Below are positions 1 through 8,307 of a stretch of DNA of 64,000 nt, piece by piece. Numbering within the stretch: the first letter of the stretch is position 1; every line of letters begins with the position of its first letter. The notes below the pieces were generated by a model. The model did no database searches and was not told where the DNA came from. It was given only the letters and a program-made list of their open reading frames with translations. The DNA is from Escherichia phage vB_EcoM-E33. Made by a program: the position numbers and the translations under genes. Location of the stretch: sequence record OL780484.1, one strand, 5' to 3'.

Positions 1-115
1 CGGTTGGCGCTGGTTTGGTCGTGTGTCTCGTAATACAGACCGTGTTAAAAAGATTACAAATGAAATCCGCGTTAATGCTCAAGTATATCTGGAATTCCCT
101 ATGGAGGGCTGGTAA
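1..115 (+). CDS. 3' end of an upstream gene (partial, hypothetical)
   Basis: Open frame from window edge to TAA at 113-115, overlapping the next ATG (TAATG). Confidence 0.3.
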   Translation, partial: GWRWFGRVSRNTDRVKKITNEIRVNAQVYLEFPMEGW

Positions 116-708
116 TGGCCCTTTATGAACCTGGTTGTATGGGTATTGATACAAACTTCATCCGTCGGTCGGAAAATGCTGGAATTATTATCCCAAGTGG
201 TGAGAATATGATTATTAAAAAGTCCTGGCGAAATATCGATGACTGTGATGAAGGAATTTCAGCCAGTACAATAGATTGGTCAGGTTGTACTGCCGAAATG
301 AAACAGCTTTTAATTGAGGAATATAAAATGGGCTATATTGTAAACGGCTGGCAACCAGTAAAGAAAATCACTCGCACTGACGATAAGTATATTTGTCTCC
401 AAGATGGAAAGGCCAGGCTCATTGATACTGAATGGCTTACGTTCGGACGATATGTTGTAGCGTATTTTATTACTTTACTTCCAATGTTAGTGCTGAGTTC
501 ATTTTTAATCGATGCCAACTGGAATGATGCGCTAGAACGAACTATTATTGGCGCTGGATTAATGAACCTTGCCGCCGCTGGCGCTGCTTTAAGTATTTGG
601 TGCTTGGCTATTGAAATGCCATGGCGTTTACGTCGTCAACAACGTCTTTACGACGAAGGTAAAATCAAACAGAATTTAAATGAGTTTATTGAGGAATGCC
701 GTAAATGA
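115..708 (+). CDS. hypothetical protein with C-terminal hydrophobic segments
   Basis: 197-aa ORF; stop overlaps next start (ATGA); T4 e.x-region position. Confidence 0.5.
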   Translation: MALYEPGCMGIDTNFIRRSENAGIIIPSGENMIIKKSWRNIDDCDEGISASTIDWSGCTAEMKQLLIEEYKMGYIVNGWQPVKKITRTDDKYICLQDGKARLIDTEWLTFGRYVVAYFITLLPMLVLSSFLIDANWNDALERTIIGAGLMNLAAAGAALSIWCLAIEMPWRLRRQQRLYDEGKIKQNLNEFIEECRK

Positions 709-941
709 GTATTGCAATTTATATTAAATCTGAGTCATGTGATTCTTACCTGTATTCCTATGATACCGGAACATCAGAAGAGAAAATTAAAGAAGACTTA
801 GAAAGCGATATGGATATGTTCTGTCCTATTGGTGACTATATGCTTCAAGTGTCTGATAGTGAAAGTCCATCATCAGAAAATAGACTTCAAATTATTATGC
901 AAGATATTTTTAAACAATCATGGGAACGAGACGATGAGTAA
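705..941 (+). CDS. hypothetical acidic protein
   Basis: 78-aa ORF, start and stop both overlap neighbours. Confidence 0.45.
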   Translation: MSIAIYIKSESCDSYLYSYDTGTSEEKIKEDLESDMDMFCPIGDYMLQVSDSESPSSENRLQIIMQDIFKQSWERDDE

Positions 942-1383
942 GAAAGCTAAGGAATTATCGGCAGGTATTTTGTTCATGACCGTTGATAAAGAACTAGTTA
1001 TGGGTCGTGTAACAGGCTCTCGTAATCCAGAGAATATGCGTCATAAATGGGACATTCCTAAGGGTCATGTCGAACCAGGCGAAGAGCCTATTCAAGCGGC
1101 AATGCGCGAAACCGAAGAAGAGATTGGATTCACAGCATACGATCCTGCGTTCCTGAAAGACCTAGGTGAGTTCAAATATTCAAGCAATAAGAATCTACAT
1201 CTGTTCTTATATACAGTGCCTGTGGAACACGAGCAGTTCAAGGATTGCAAATGTACGGCTTACCATACGTTCCCTGATGGTCGTACTATTCCTGAATTCG
1301 ATGCTTTTGCCTTGATTAAACGGCCACAATGGGAATATGTCATGGGCCCGTCGATGTTTAAGGTTTTGGATTCACTCTTTTGA
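934..1383 (+). CDS. nudE: Nudix hydrolase
   Basis: Nudix box GHVEPGEEPIQAAMRETEEEIGF; start taken at internal ATG 934 (MSKKAKEL) overlapping upstream stop; immediately upstream of lysozyme as in T4. Confidence 0.8.
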   Translation: MSKKAKELSAGILFMTVDKELVMGRVTGSRNPENMRHKWDIPKGHVEPGEEPIQAAMRETEEEIGFTAYDPAFLKDLGEFKYSSNKNLHLFLYTVPVEHEQFKDCKCTAYHTFPDGRTIPEFDAFALIKRPQWEYVMGPSMFKVLDSLF

Positions 1384-1411
1384 TATAAATACCTCCTATA
1401 CTCAGGAGGTA
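1384..1411 (+). promoter_or_regulatory. T4-type late promoter TATAAATA (1384-1391) followed by hairpin TACCTCCT/AGGAGGTA that contains the lysozyme SD
   Basis: TATAAATA 23 nt upstream of e ATG; 8-bp inverted repeat 1390-1397/1404-1411 around SD GGAGG. Confidence 0.55.
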
Positions 1412-1413
1412 TT

Positions 1414-1908
1414 ATGGATATTTTTGATATGTTACGTCAAGACGAAGGTCTTGATTTAAATCTTTATAAAGACACTGAAGGTTATTGGACTATTGGCATT
1501 GGCCAATTGATTACTAAGAACCCTTCTAAAGATGTTGCTCGTGCTGAACTTGATAAGCTTATGGGTCGAGTTTGTAATGGTCGTATTACTATGGCTGAAG
1601 CTGAACAACTCTTTAACCGATCGGTTGAAAATGCTCGTAGAGCTATTCTGCGTAATCCTAAATTGAAACCTGTTTATGATGTACTGGACGAAGTTCGTCG
1701 TTGTGCTTTAATTAACATGGTCTTCCAAATGGGTGAAGCAGGCGTAGCAGGGTTCACTAACTCTTTACGTATGCTCCAACAGAAACGTTGGAACGATGCG
1801 GCAGTTAACCTGGCTCAATCCCGTTGGTATAAACAAACTCCTAATCGTGCTAAGCGCGTGATTTCAACATTTAAAACAGGTACTTGGAAAGCATATGAAA
1901 ACTTATAA
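1414..1908 (+). CDS. e: endolysin (T4 lysozyme)
   Basis: 164 aa; near-identical to remembered T4 lysozyme over its length (MxIFxMLRxDEGL...YKDTEGYxTIGIG...RTGTWxAYxNL). Confidence 0.95.
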   Translation: MDIFDMLRQDEGLDLNLYKDTEGYWTIGIGQLITKNPSKDVARAELDKLMGRVCNGRITMAEAEQLFNRSVENARRAILRNPKLKPVYDVLDEVRRCALINMVFQMGEAGVAGFTNSLRMLQQKRWNDAAVNLAQSRWYKQTPNRAKRVISTFKTGTWKAYENL

Positions 1909-2293
1909 TGAATTTATCGCAGAGAATGTAATTCCTGCATCTAAAGAACTTTTGGCGATGTTTGAATCTGAAGAGTTCACTGAAGAACTGAATGAGAACC
2001 TGACCCAGGCCACTCCTCAGGTTATTCGCGTTCGTAATGCCCTTCAGACAGGCATGCAGGCTCGTGTATCTAAGACTATGAAGCTGGCATTCACCACTTC
2101 TAAAAATGAAGACTATGGTGATGGTATTGCAATGAACACTGGGCAGTATTATGTTGAGTGGAATGGTGAAACCGGTACTGCTAAGATTCGCCAAACGAGA
2201 GCAGCGGGTGGCAAAATGTTGGACCTTAAACTGAACGTTAAAGAGAAAGACGTCGCGGCTTTGTTCAAGAATTGGATGAAGACTTACAAATAA
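1895..2293 (+). CDS. internal head protein (Ip) with capsid targeting sequence
   Basis: N-terminus [10 protein letters not shown] matches the T4 internal-protein capsid targeting sequence; 132 aa. Confidence 0.65.
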   Translation: MKTYNEFIAENVIPASKELLAMFESEEFTEELNENLTQATPQVIRVRNALQTGMQARVSKTMKLAFTTSKNEDYGDGIAMNTGQYYVEWNGETGTAKIRQTRAAGGKMLDLKLNVKEKDVAALFKNWMKTYK

Positions 2294-2343
2294 GTTTACA
2301 TCTCCTGTAGTCATGATACTATAGACCTATCAACTACAGGAGA
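2294..2343 (+). promoter_or_regulatory. early promoter (GTTTAC 2294-2299, TACTAT 2317-2322) with 10-bp inverted repeat TCTCCTGTAG/CTACAGGAGA covering the denV SD
   Basis: -35/-10 spacing 17 with TG extended -10; arms at 2301-2310 and 2334-2343. Confidence 0.6.
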
Positions 2344-2349
2344 TTAAAA

Positions 2350-2766
2350 ATGACTCGTATCAACCTTACCTTAGTATCTGAATTGGCTGACCAACACTTA
2401 ATGGCTGAATATCGTGAATTACCACGTGTTTTCGGTGCAGTTCGTAAGCATGTTGCTAATGGTAAACGTGTCCGTGATTTCAAAATCAGTCCTACTTTTA
2501 TCCTTGGCACAGGCCATGTTACATTCTTTTACGATAAGCTTGAATTTTTACGTAAGCGACAAATTGAGCTTATAGCCGAATGTTTAAAACGTGGTTTTAA
2601 TATCAAGGATACTACTGTCCAGGACATTAGTGACATTCCTCAGGAATTCCGTGGTGACTATACTCCACACGAAGCTTCTATTGCTATATCTCAGGCCCGT
2701 TTGGACGAAAAAATTGCACAACGCTCTACCTGGTACAAACATTACGGCAAGGCTATTTACGCTTAA
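2350..2766 (+). CDS. denV: endonuclease V (pyrimidine dimer DNA glycosylase)
   Basis: 138 aa; near-identical to remembered T4 endonuclease V ([28 protein letters not shown]...). Confidence 0.95.
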   Translation: MTRINLTLVSELADQHLMAEYRELPRVFGAVRKHVANGKRVRDFKISPTFILGTGHVTFFYDKLEFLRKRQIELIAECLKRGFNIKDTTVQDISDIPQEFRGDYTPHEASIAISQARLDEKIAQRSTWYKHYGKAIYA

Positions 2767-2808
2767 TTAAATCCGTGATAGAATACTTCTATCAACTTAA
2801 GGAATAAT

Positions 2809-3168
2809 ATGAAAACTTACCAACAATTTATTACTGAATCTACTCAGCGCATTAACGAAGCTATGTCTCCTGAACAATTGGCTAAGGCCAAAGAAGGGCT
2901 GAACCCATCTGAAGTTTTTAAAGTTACAGGTAAAGACTTTGCTTCCATGGCCACTAACCAGAGCTTGGCTAAAGAACTTAAATCTAAATCTAACTTCATT
3001 CATGCTACATGGAATGGTGATTCTCTTACTTCAATAAGTGTGTACAATAAAAAAGGTCTCCTTAAGAGTTCTTATGGCGCGGATGCCATCCGTGTTTCTA
3101 AATCAGATTGGCATAAAAACACTACTAAAGCAGAAAAACCTCATAACCCGGCACTAGACCATCTTTAA
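2809..3168 (+). CDS. internal head protein (Ip) with capsid targeting sequence
   Basis: N-terminus MKTYQQFITEST; 119 aa; first ~36 nt shared with the next gene. Confidence 0.65.
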   Translation: MKTYQQFITESTQRINEAMSPEQLAKAKEGLNPSEVFKVTGKDFASMATNQSLAKELKSKSNFIHATWNGDSLTSISVYNKKGLLKSSYGADAIRVSKSDWHKNTTKAEKPHNPALDHL

Positions 3169-3176
3169 GGCTTAAT

Positions 3177-3434
3177 ATGAAAACTTACCAAGAATTTATT
3201 ACAGAATCCACTTTAGTTTCTAAACGTTGGAATATGATTGTAAACGTTAAACCTTCCGGCACTGAAGTTTCTATGGCCGACCCTAATGATGACGAACTTG
3301 AGCACGCTTTTAGCTCTAAAGAAACTGACGAGAAAGTGGTTAAGCAACTGGTTGCTGATGCAGATCAACTTCGTAAAGTAGCAGATGTTGTTAAGCTGTT
3401 TACTAAGAAAGGTTTTAAACACGAAGAACGTTAA
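3177..3434 (+). CDS. internal head protein (Ip) with capsid targeting sequence
   Basis: N-terminus MKTYQEFITEST; 85 aa. Confidence 0.65.
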   Translation: MKTYQEFITESTLVSKRWNMIVNVKPSGTEVSMADPNDDELEHAFSSKETDEKVVKQLVADADQLRKVADVVKLFTKKGFKHEER

Positions 3435-3584
3435 TTAGCATTTTTAAATGGGAGCAACCTGGACCTCACAATTCTGTGAGGGACTCCCGCCAACCTGTAA
3501 TAAGGTCGAGCCCAAGTGCGGTAATGGGTAAATGCAGAAAGGGACGAATTAATGTGCCAAGGAACGGCCCTCAAAGGAAATACT
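3435..3584 (+). other. structured non-coding spacer (nested hairpins GGGAG..CCTCAC..GTGAGG..CTCCC)
   Basis: About 150 nt without a convincing ORF; nested inverted repeats; no cloverleaf recognised. Confidence 0.3.
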
Positions 3585-4112
3585 ATGAAATTTTTAACTC
3601 CCATTTATCTAACCTTAATGCACGCCTTCGCTGAACGCGCCATTGAACGTTTAGACTCAGACCAATATACCTGGTATGAACCTGCTTCAAGAATGCAAGA
3701 GTTTGGTACTCTTCGACTTGATGGCGGACGCCAAACAGGTAAAACAAGTGCCCTTGCTCAGTTCGCCGCTGATTGGGTTTCCAAGGGTAATGATGTGATT
3801 GTTATGTCGAGTTCTTCGCATCGCTCGCGAGAAATTTGTAATGTAATAAAACAGGTTTCTAAGGCACACCCACATCTCCAAGTCGAAGGTCCTGGTTTTG
3901 TTGTCTATGATACTGTGCGCAGTTTCCTTGATGAAGACAATTTCCATAAGTATCGTGGACTATCTGTTACTCGATTATTGATTATTATCGAAGAGCCAAT
4001 GCGCCTTCCAGCGATGGATAAGTTCTATGAAGCTTACCAGGTAATGATTAATAAATTTATGTGCCAAGGCGACAAGCCTTTGCCTCTGTTCTTTGTGATA
4101 GGAATGCAATGA
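3585..4112 (+). CDS. hypothetical protein with P-loop-like motif (GGRQTGKTSA)
   Basis: ORF 3552-4112; start placed at ATG 3585 after AAGGAAA SD. Confidence 0.45.
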   Translation: MKFLTPIYLTLMHAFAERAIERLDSDQYTWYEPASRMQEFGTLRLDGGRQTGKTSALAQFAADWVSKGNDVIVMSSSSHRSREICNVIKQVSKAHPHLQVEGPGFVVYDTVRSFLDEDNFHKYRGLSVTRLLIIIEEPMRLPAMDKFYEAYQVMINKFMCQGDKPLPLFFVIGMQ

Positions 4113-4405
4113 TGACTGATGAAGAACTTTTTGAGTTCTGTTATTTCTCACGTAAGGTTCGAAGAGAGGACCTTACTGCAAATTTCGAATATGCTTATTT
4201 CTACCCATTGGAATATGTATTCATGTCAGGGCCCTTTAAGGGCTCTCGTTTTAGATGTCATGCTCCTAGTATCCGATTAATGAAACAGGTTCCTTACTTC
4301 ACTCTCGAGTTCATCTCAGGGCCTTGTAAGGGTATTATTACTCGTAGTCTCTTGACTTATGACCAAGAGATTCATATGATTTCTGACTGGAAAAAATATG
4401 TCTAA
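4109..4405 (+). CDS. hypothetical protein with internal duplicated SGP(F/C)KG motif
   Basis: ATG overlaps upstream stop (ATGA); 98 aa. Confidence 0.4.
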   Translation: MMTDEELFEFCYFSRKVRREDLTANFEYAYFYPLEYVFMSGPFKGSRFRCHAPSIRLMKQVPYFTLEFISGPCKGIITRSLLTYDQEIHMISDWKKYV

Positions 4406-4616
4406 ATTGACAATTGAAGGTTCTGAAGAAGCTCTGAAAAGATTTGTTGAATGGCTTAATGGACCAGGTGAACAAGACTTTCTGGAAGTCTGGGATGGCG
4501 GTCGGTGGAATGGTAAAGAAATGATTTACCCGACTACCTATATCTCCGTGCAAGGTTGGACTGAAGGCCTTCGTTTGGTAGAATATGATATCGCAACTGG
4601 CGAGGAAGTGAAATGA
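4398..4616 (+). CDS. hypothetical protein
   Basis: 72-aa ORF in coupled gene chain. Confidence 0.4.
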   Translation: MSKLTIEGSEEALKRFVEWLNGPGEQDFLEVWDGGRWNGKEMIYPTTYISVQGWTEGLRLVEYDIATGEEVK

Positions 4617-4891
4617 TTGAAGATATCAAGGGTTATAAGCCGCATACCGACGATAAAATCGGTAAAGTAAACGCTATCAAAGATGCTGAAGTTCGTCTTG
4701 GGTTAATGTTTAAAGCTCTGGAAGAAGAACATGTTACTCATTATATGAACTTAGATACCGAAGAGGTTTCTGAACAAGAACTAGACCAGGCTCATGAACG
4801 CATCACCCAGATTCGTAATGCAATTGACCGTCTGAAAGAAGCAAGCATGTGGGCGTGTCGTTCCGTTTTCCAACCCGAGGAAAAATACTGA
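4613..4891 (+). CDS. hypothetical protein
   Basis: 92-aa ORF, start overlaps upstream stop. Confidence 0.45.
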   Translation: MIEDIKGYKPHTDDKIGKVNAIKDAEVRLGLMFKALEEEHVTHYMNLDTEEVSEQELDQAHERITQIRNAIDRLKEASMWACRSVFQPEEKY

Positions 4892-5100
4892 TGAAAATTG
4901 AAAGTTTACAAGATTTCCAGCGTATCATCGGTGAAGCCTGTACTGGCTACCACAAATACTTGCTTGACGACCAAATGGCTTGTCTCGAAGAAGGTGAAGT
5001 ACAGTATGCAGCCCAACGCCTTGAACAAGTGAAAGAGTTTTACCCTGTACTGGTAGAAATTTGTTCAGCTGCTGGAAAACTTACCCCATTCCAAGAATAA
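4891..5100 (+). CDS. hypothetical protein
   Basis: 69 aa from ATG overlapping upstream TGA. Confidence 0.4.
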   Translation: MKIESLQDFQRIIGEACTGYHKYLLDDQMACLEEGEVQYAAQRLEQVKEFYPVLVEICSAAGKLTPFQE

Positions 5101-5104
5101 AGCA

Positions 5105-5154
5105 GTTTACATCTCCTGTAGACGTGGTACTATAGACCTATCAACTACAGGAGA
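5105..5154 (+). promoter_or_regulatory. early promoter (GTTTAC 5105-5110, TG-n-TACTAT 5128-5133) with inverted repeat TCTCCTGTAG/CTACAGGAGA covering the regB SD
   Basis: Same architecture and arms as 2294-2343. Confidence 0.6.
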
Positions 5155-5161
5155 TTACAAA

Positions 5162-5620
5162 ATGTCAGAAATTAATTCAGAAGTATTCATCCGCCGCAAT
5201 AAATTACGTCGTCAGTTCGAAACCGAATTCCGTGAACTGAATACGTCCATCAAAAAAGCCGCCATCAAGAGCGGAGTCCCAGCCTTCTTTATTAAGTACT
5301 CTAATCACTTGTTGGACCGTGCTATCCAACGTGAAATCGACGAAAAATACGTTTTTGCTTTATTCAAGCAACTCCATAACCATGTTAAAGAAATTCATGA
5401 ATTTTTAATCCAGGAACCTCTACCTGATGTAGAATCCGAAATTGTCCCTGGTAAAGTGTATCGTCCATTGCGTCTCGAAATTACCGATAAAACCTTATGG
5501 CTAGGTATGACAGTAGACCGTAAACATCCTGATAAAGGATATTCCCTTAAATGTCGTATGGCATTTGTTAACTCTAAACGTTTAGAAGGTAAAACCAGCA
5601 CGAAAGTAATCTATCTTTAA
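5162..5620 (+). CDS. regB: RegB site-specific endoribonuclease
   Basis: 152 aa; EVFIRRNKLRR...HLLDRAIQREIDE...RLEITD matches remembered T4 RegB; T4-like position. Confidence 0.75.
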   Translation: MSEINSEVFIRRNKLRRQFETEFRELNTSIKKAAIKSGVPAFFIKYSNHLLDRAIQREIDEKYVFALFKQLHNHVKEIHEFLIQEPLPDVESEIVPGKVYRPLRLEITDKTLWLGMTVDRKHPDKGYSLKCRMAFVNSKRLEGKTSTKVIYL

Positions 5621-5632
5621 TAATGAGGTCTC

Positions 5633-6172
5633 ATGAAAAAAGTATTAGCCACTTTACTATTGACAGTTAGTATGTCTGCCCATAGCGTAGAGCCTACTTT
5701 CAGTAATGAACAACTCGATAATTTACATTATGCGTATGCTTTCGGTGAACAATACCAAAAGTCGGGAAAGTTCAAAGAAAACCCTAATCAAAAAGGATTA
5801 GGATATATTATGGCCGGATTACTATGGCAGGAATCATCTGCCGGAATTAATCAGGGTTTAAATAAAGATAAGCACCATGCTTATGGCATGTTCCAAAATT
5901 ACTTGCCTACGTTAAGAAGTCGTGTTCAACAGGTAGGTTGGAAGATGTCTGACAAAGAAATAATTCGTATGGTCCAAAAACGACAGAACAGTGCCTCTTG
6001 GGCCTACATTGAACTGTCTTATTGGATTGATGTTCACAAAGGTGACCTGAGAAAAGCGATTGCTTCTTATAATGCGGGCTGGAACGCCAAAGCAGGCAGT
6101 AAATATGCTTCTGAAGTTCTAGAAAAGGCCAATTACCTAAAATCTAAAAAGATGTTTGAGGCGGTGTATTAA
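5633..6172 (+). CDS. secreted lytic-transglycosylase-like protein (SLT domain)
   Basis: Signal peptide; SLT-like motifs WQESSAG, AYGMFQ, ASYNAGW. Confidence 0.5.
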   Translation: MKKVLATLLLTVSMSAHSVEPTFSNEQLDNLHYAYAFGEQYQKSGKFKENPNQKGLGYIMAGLLWQESSAGINQGLNKDKHHAYGMFQNYLPTLRSRVQQVGWKMSDKEIIRMVQKRQNSASWAYIELSYWIDVHKGDLRKAIASYNAGWNAKAGSKYASEVLEKANYLKSKKMFEAVY

Positions 6173-6529
6173 ATGATTAAGCAGATGACTATAGCGCTTA
6201 TGTTGATTGCTCCGGGAGTATTAGCGTCACAAGTTGGTGATAGTAATAATTCAATTGTCGAGTATGCTACCCGTACAGCAAAAGATTATTGTCATCCGAG
6301 TAATACTGAATGCATTATCGAATTCAGTTCAAAAATCACAGCTGCTTTTAAAGATGGGCAGAACGACGTAGAGCATCGTCGAATGAAAGAGAAAACTCTT
6401 TCTAAAAGATACGAGCAACGTCTAAACGTTACTGAATGTATTCCATCTGATAAAAAGTACAAAGAAATGTGCGCGTCTATGGTAGACAGACTCGTTGACT
6501 CTTACAACCGAGGATTAAACTCTAAATGA
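6173..6529 (+). CDS. secreted hypothetical protein
   Basis: N-terminal signal peptide MIKQMTIALMLIAPGVLASQ; 118 aa. Confidence 0.45.
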   Translation: MIKQMTIALMLIAPGVLASQVGDSNNSIVEYATRTAKDYCHPSNTECIIEFSSKITAAFKDGQNDVEHRRMKEKTLSKRYEQRLNVTECIPSDKKYKEMCASMVDRLVDSYNRGLNSK

Positions 6530-6993
6530 TTATTGATTATATTAAGGGCGATATTGTCGCCCTATTTCTTCAAGGTAATAATGTTGCACACGGGTGCAAC
6601 TGTTTCCACACAATGGGTTCAGGTGTAGCTGGACAATTAGCTAAGGCTTATCCGCCTATTCTCGCTATCGATAAAACTACTTATTTAGGTAATTTGGCAA
6701 AACTTGGCACGTTTACTCAAGCCACAGGTAATAATGGCCAAATTTGCTATAATTTATATACCCAATACGAACCAGGCCCTAATCTTGATTATGGTGCTTT
6801 AGTAAACTGTATGATAGAATTAAATCAACAAGCAAAAGGTCTTTTGTTTAAACCAAGAATTTATATCCCTCGCATTGGTTGTGGTATTGCTGGTGGTGAT
6901 TGGGACAAGGTTTATCAATTGATTAATTTGTTTACTCCTGATATTAATTTAGTGGTGGTAGATTATGAAAGCCCATTACCCGCATCCGTTTGA
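6526..6993 (+). CDS. macro-domain protein (putative ADP-ribose binding/processing)
   Basis: GDIV...NVAHGCNC...MGSGVAGQL and PRIGCGIAGG resemble macro-domain signature motifs. Confidence 0.5.
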   Translation: MIIDYIKGDIVALFLQGNNVAHGCNCFHTMGSGVAGQLAKAYPPILAIDKTTYLGNLAKLGTFTQATGNNGQICYNLYTQYEPGPNLDYGALVNCMIELNQQAKGLLFKPRIYIPRIGCGIAGGDWDKVYQLINLFTPDINLVVVDYESPLPASV

Positions 6994-7177
6994 CCCTAAA
7001 AACAAAGCGGAAATTATTCGACGCTGGACCGAAACACGAGTAACTAAATGCCCTATAAAAAGTCAACACAACACCGATAAATGGTATATTGGTGAATATG
7101 TTGAGTATACTTTTATAGATAAAAATAAACGTAAACAGCATGTAGAAGAATATTGCTTAAAGGTGCAATGGTTATGA
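6965..7177 (+). CDS. hypothetical protein
   Basis: 70-aa ORF overlapping upstream gene end. Confidence 0.35.
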   Translation: MKAHYPHPFDPKNKAEIIRRWTETRVTKCPIKSQHNTDKWYIGEYVEYTFIDKNKRKQHVEEYCLKVQWL

Positions 7178-7347
7178 GTCTGAGTAAAGAACAGAAAGAT
7201 AAATTGTTTGAGCTTATCCATGAGCTTATGGAACTCAACATAGAATGTGAATTTGATAACTCTCTGGATTGGGATTGGAGAGGTGGTGAAGAGGATGAGT
7301 TTTCTAAAAAGGAAAATGAATTAATTGCTTATGTAAATAGTCTTTAA
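7174..7347 (+). CDS. hypothetical acidic protein
   Basis: ATG overlapping upstream TGA; 57 aa. Confidence 0.4.
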   Translation: MSLSKEQKDKLFELIHELMELNIECEFDNSLDWDWRGGEEDEFSKKENELIAYVNSL

Positions 7348-7356
7348 GAAGGTAAT

Positions 7357-7929
7357 ATGGCTCAACTTTATTTTCATTATGCGGCGATGAATTCCGGGAA
7401 AACCGCTTCATTGCTAACGGCAGCTCATAACTACAAAGAACGTGGTATGGGCGTACTCCTTTTAAAGCCTGCGATAGACAATAGAGAATCAAGCCATAGC
7501 ATTTCGTCTCGTATAGGGATTAGTCAAGAGGCTAATGCCGTGACTCCGGATATGGACCTATACGAGTTCTATCGTTGGGCTGAATCTCAAAAAGATATCC
7601 ACTGCGTATTTGTGGATGAAGCACAGTTCTTAGAACCTGCACAGATAAAACAACTGGCAAAGATAGTAGACAATTATAATGTTCCGGTTATGTGCTATGG
7701 GCTAAGAACTGATTTTCAGGGTAAACTGTTTCCTGGCTCTGCTGAATTACTCGCTACGGCAGATAAACTCGTTGAGTACAAAGGTGTGTGCCATTGTGGC
7801 CGTAAAGCTACTATGACTGCTAGGGTCCAGGATGGTATCGCAATTAAGGACGGCGCCCAAGTTTCTATAGGTGGCAACGATTCTTACGTGTCATTGTGCA
7901 GGAAGCACTGGATAGAAATAACGAGTTGA
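7357..7929 (+). CDS. tk: thymidine kinase
   Basis: 190 aa; P-loop AAMNSGKTASLL, VPVMCYGLRTDF, CHCGRKATMTAR zinc motif; close to remembered T4 Tk. Confidence 0.9.
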   Translation: MAQLYFHYAAMNSGKTASLLTAAHNYKERGMGVLLLKPAIDNRESSHSISSRIGISQEANAVTPDMDLYEFYRWAESQKDIHCVFVDEAQFLEPAQIKQLAKIVDNYNVPVMCYGLRTDFQGKLFPGSAELLATADKLVEYKGVCHCGRKATMTARVQDGIAIKDGAQVSIGGNDSYVSLCRKHWIEITS

Positions 7930-7936
7930 GGGTATT

Positions 7937-8215
7937 ATGGACCTAAATTCAAAGATTTTAATTCTAGCGTTCGCTGTGGCTATTTCTTATATTGTTCTTT
8001 CGCCTATCATGGATGATGTGGCTTACAAAAGAGAGATAGAGGTTGTAGCAGCGACGTATAATGCTAATAATAAAGAGTGTCCTAATAAAAACGGGATGGA
8101 TTTAATTAAAGCGCATTATATGCTTTCCATTACCTCGCCTATACAGAGGAATTGGGTTGAATATAATTTTAACGACGTGTTCTATTCTTATTGTCGTAAG
8201 CTTAAAAAGCTATAA
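7937..8215 (+). CDS. hypothetical membrane-anchored protein
   Basis: N-terminal TM segment; 92 aa. Confidence 0.45.
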   Translation: MDLNSKILILAFAVAISYIVLSPIMDDVAYKREIEVVAATYNANNKECPNKNGMDLIKAHYMLSITSPIQRNWVEYNFNDVFYSYCRKLKKL

Positions 8216-8307
8216 ATAATAATACTAACCGTAGAGCTTTAGCTTTTGGTAATCGCTATCGGTTAAGGCCGAAAGGCAAATAGTATAAAACAACAAAGGA
8301 CTTTTGT

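Noticed and set aside
333-518. Minus-strand ORFs listed by the six-frame track inside + strand genes (e.g. 333-518, 1871-2314, 25760-26233, 62590-62980)
   Set aside because: They lie wholly antisense to well-supported + strand genes, lack a Shine-Dalgarno, and match the expected shadow ORFs of an AT-rich genome.
829-933. Long N-terminal extension of the nudE ORF starting at 829
   Set aside because: The extension overlaps the upstream gene in another frame; the ATG at 934 overlaps the upstream stop and gives a protein of the expected Nudix size.
8211-8218. TATAAATA overlapping the stop codon at 8213-8215 as a late promoter
   Set aside because: In a 64-kb AT-rich sequence this 8-mer is expected several times by chance, and the next start codon is 90 nt away without a nearby SD; kept only as weak context for the rI-like gene.
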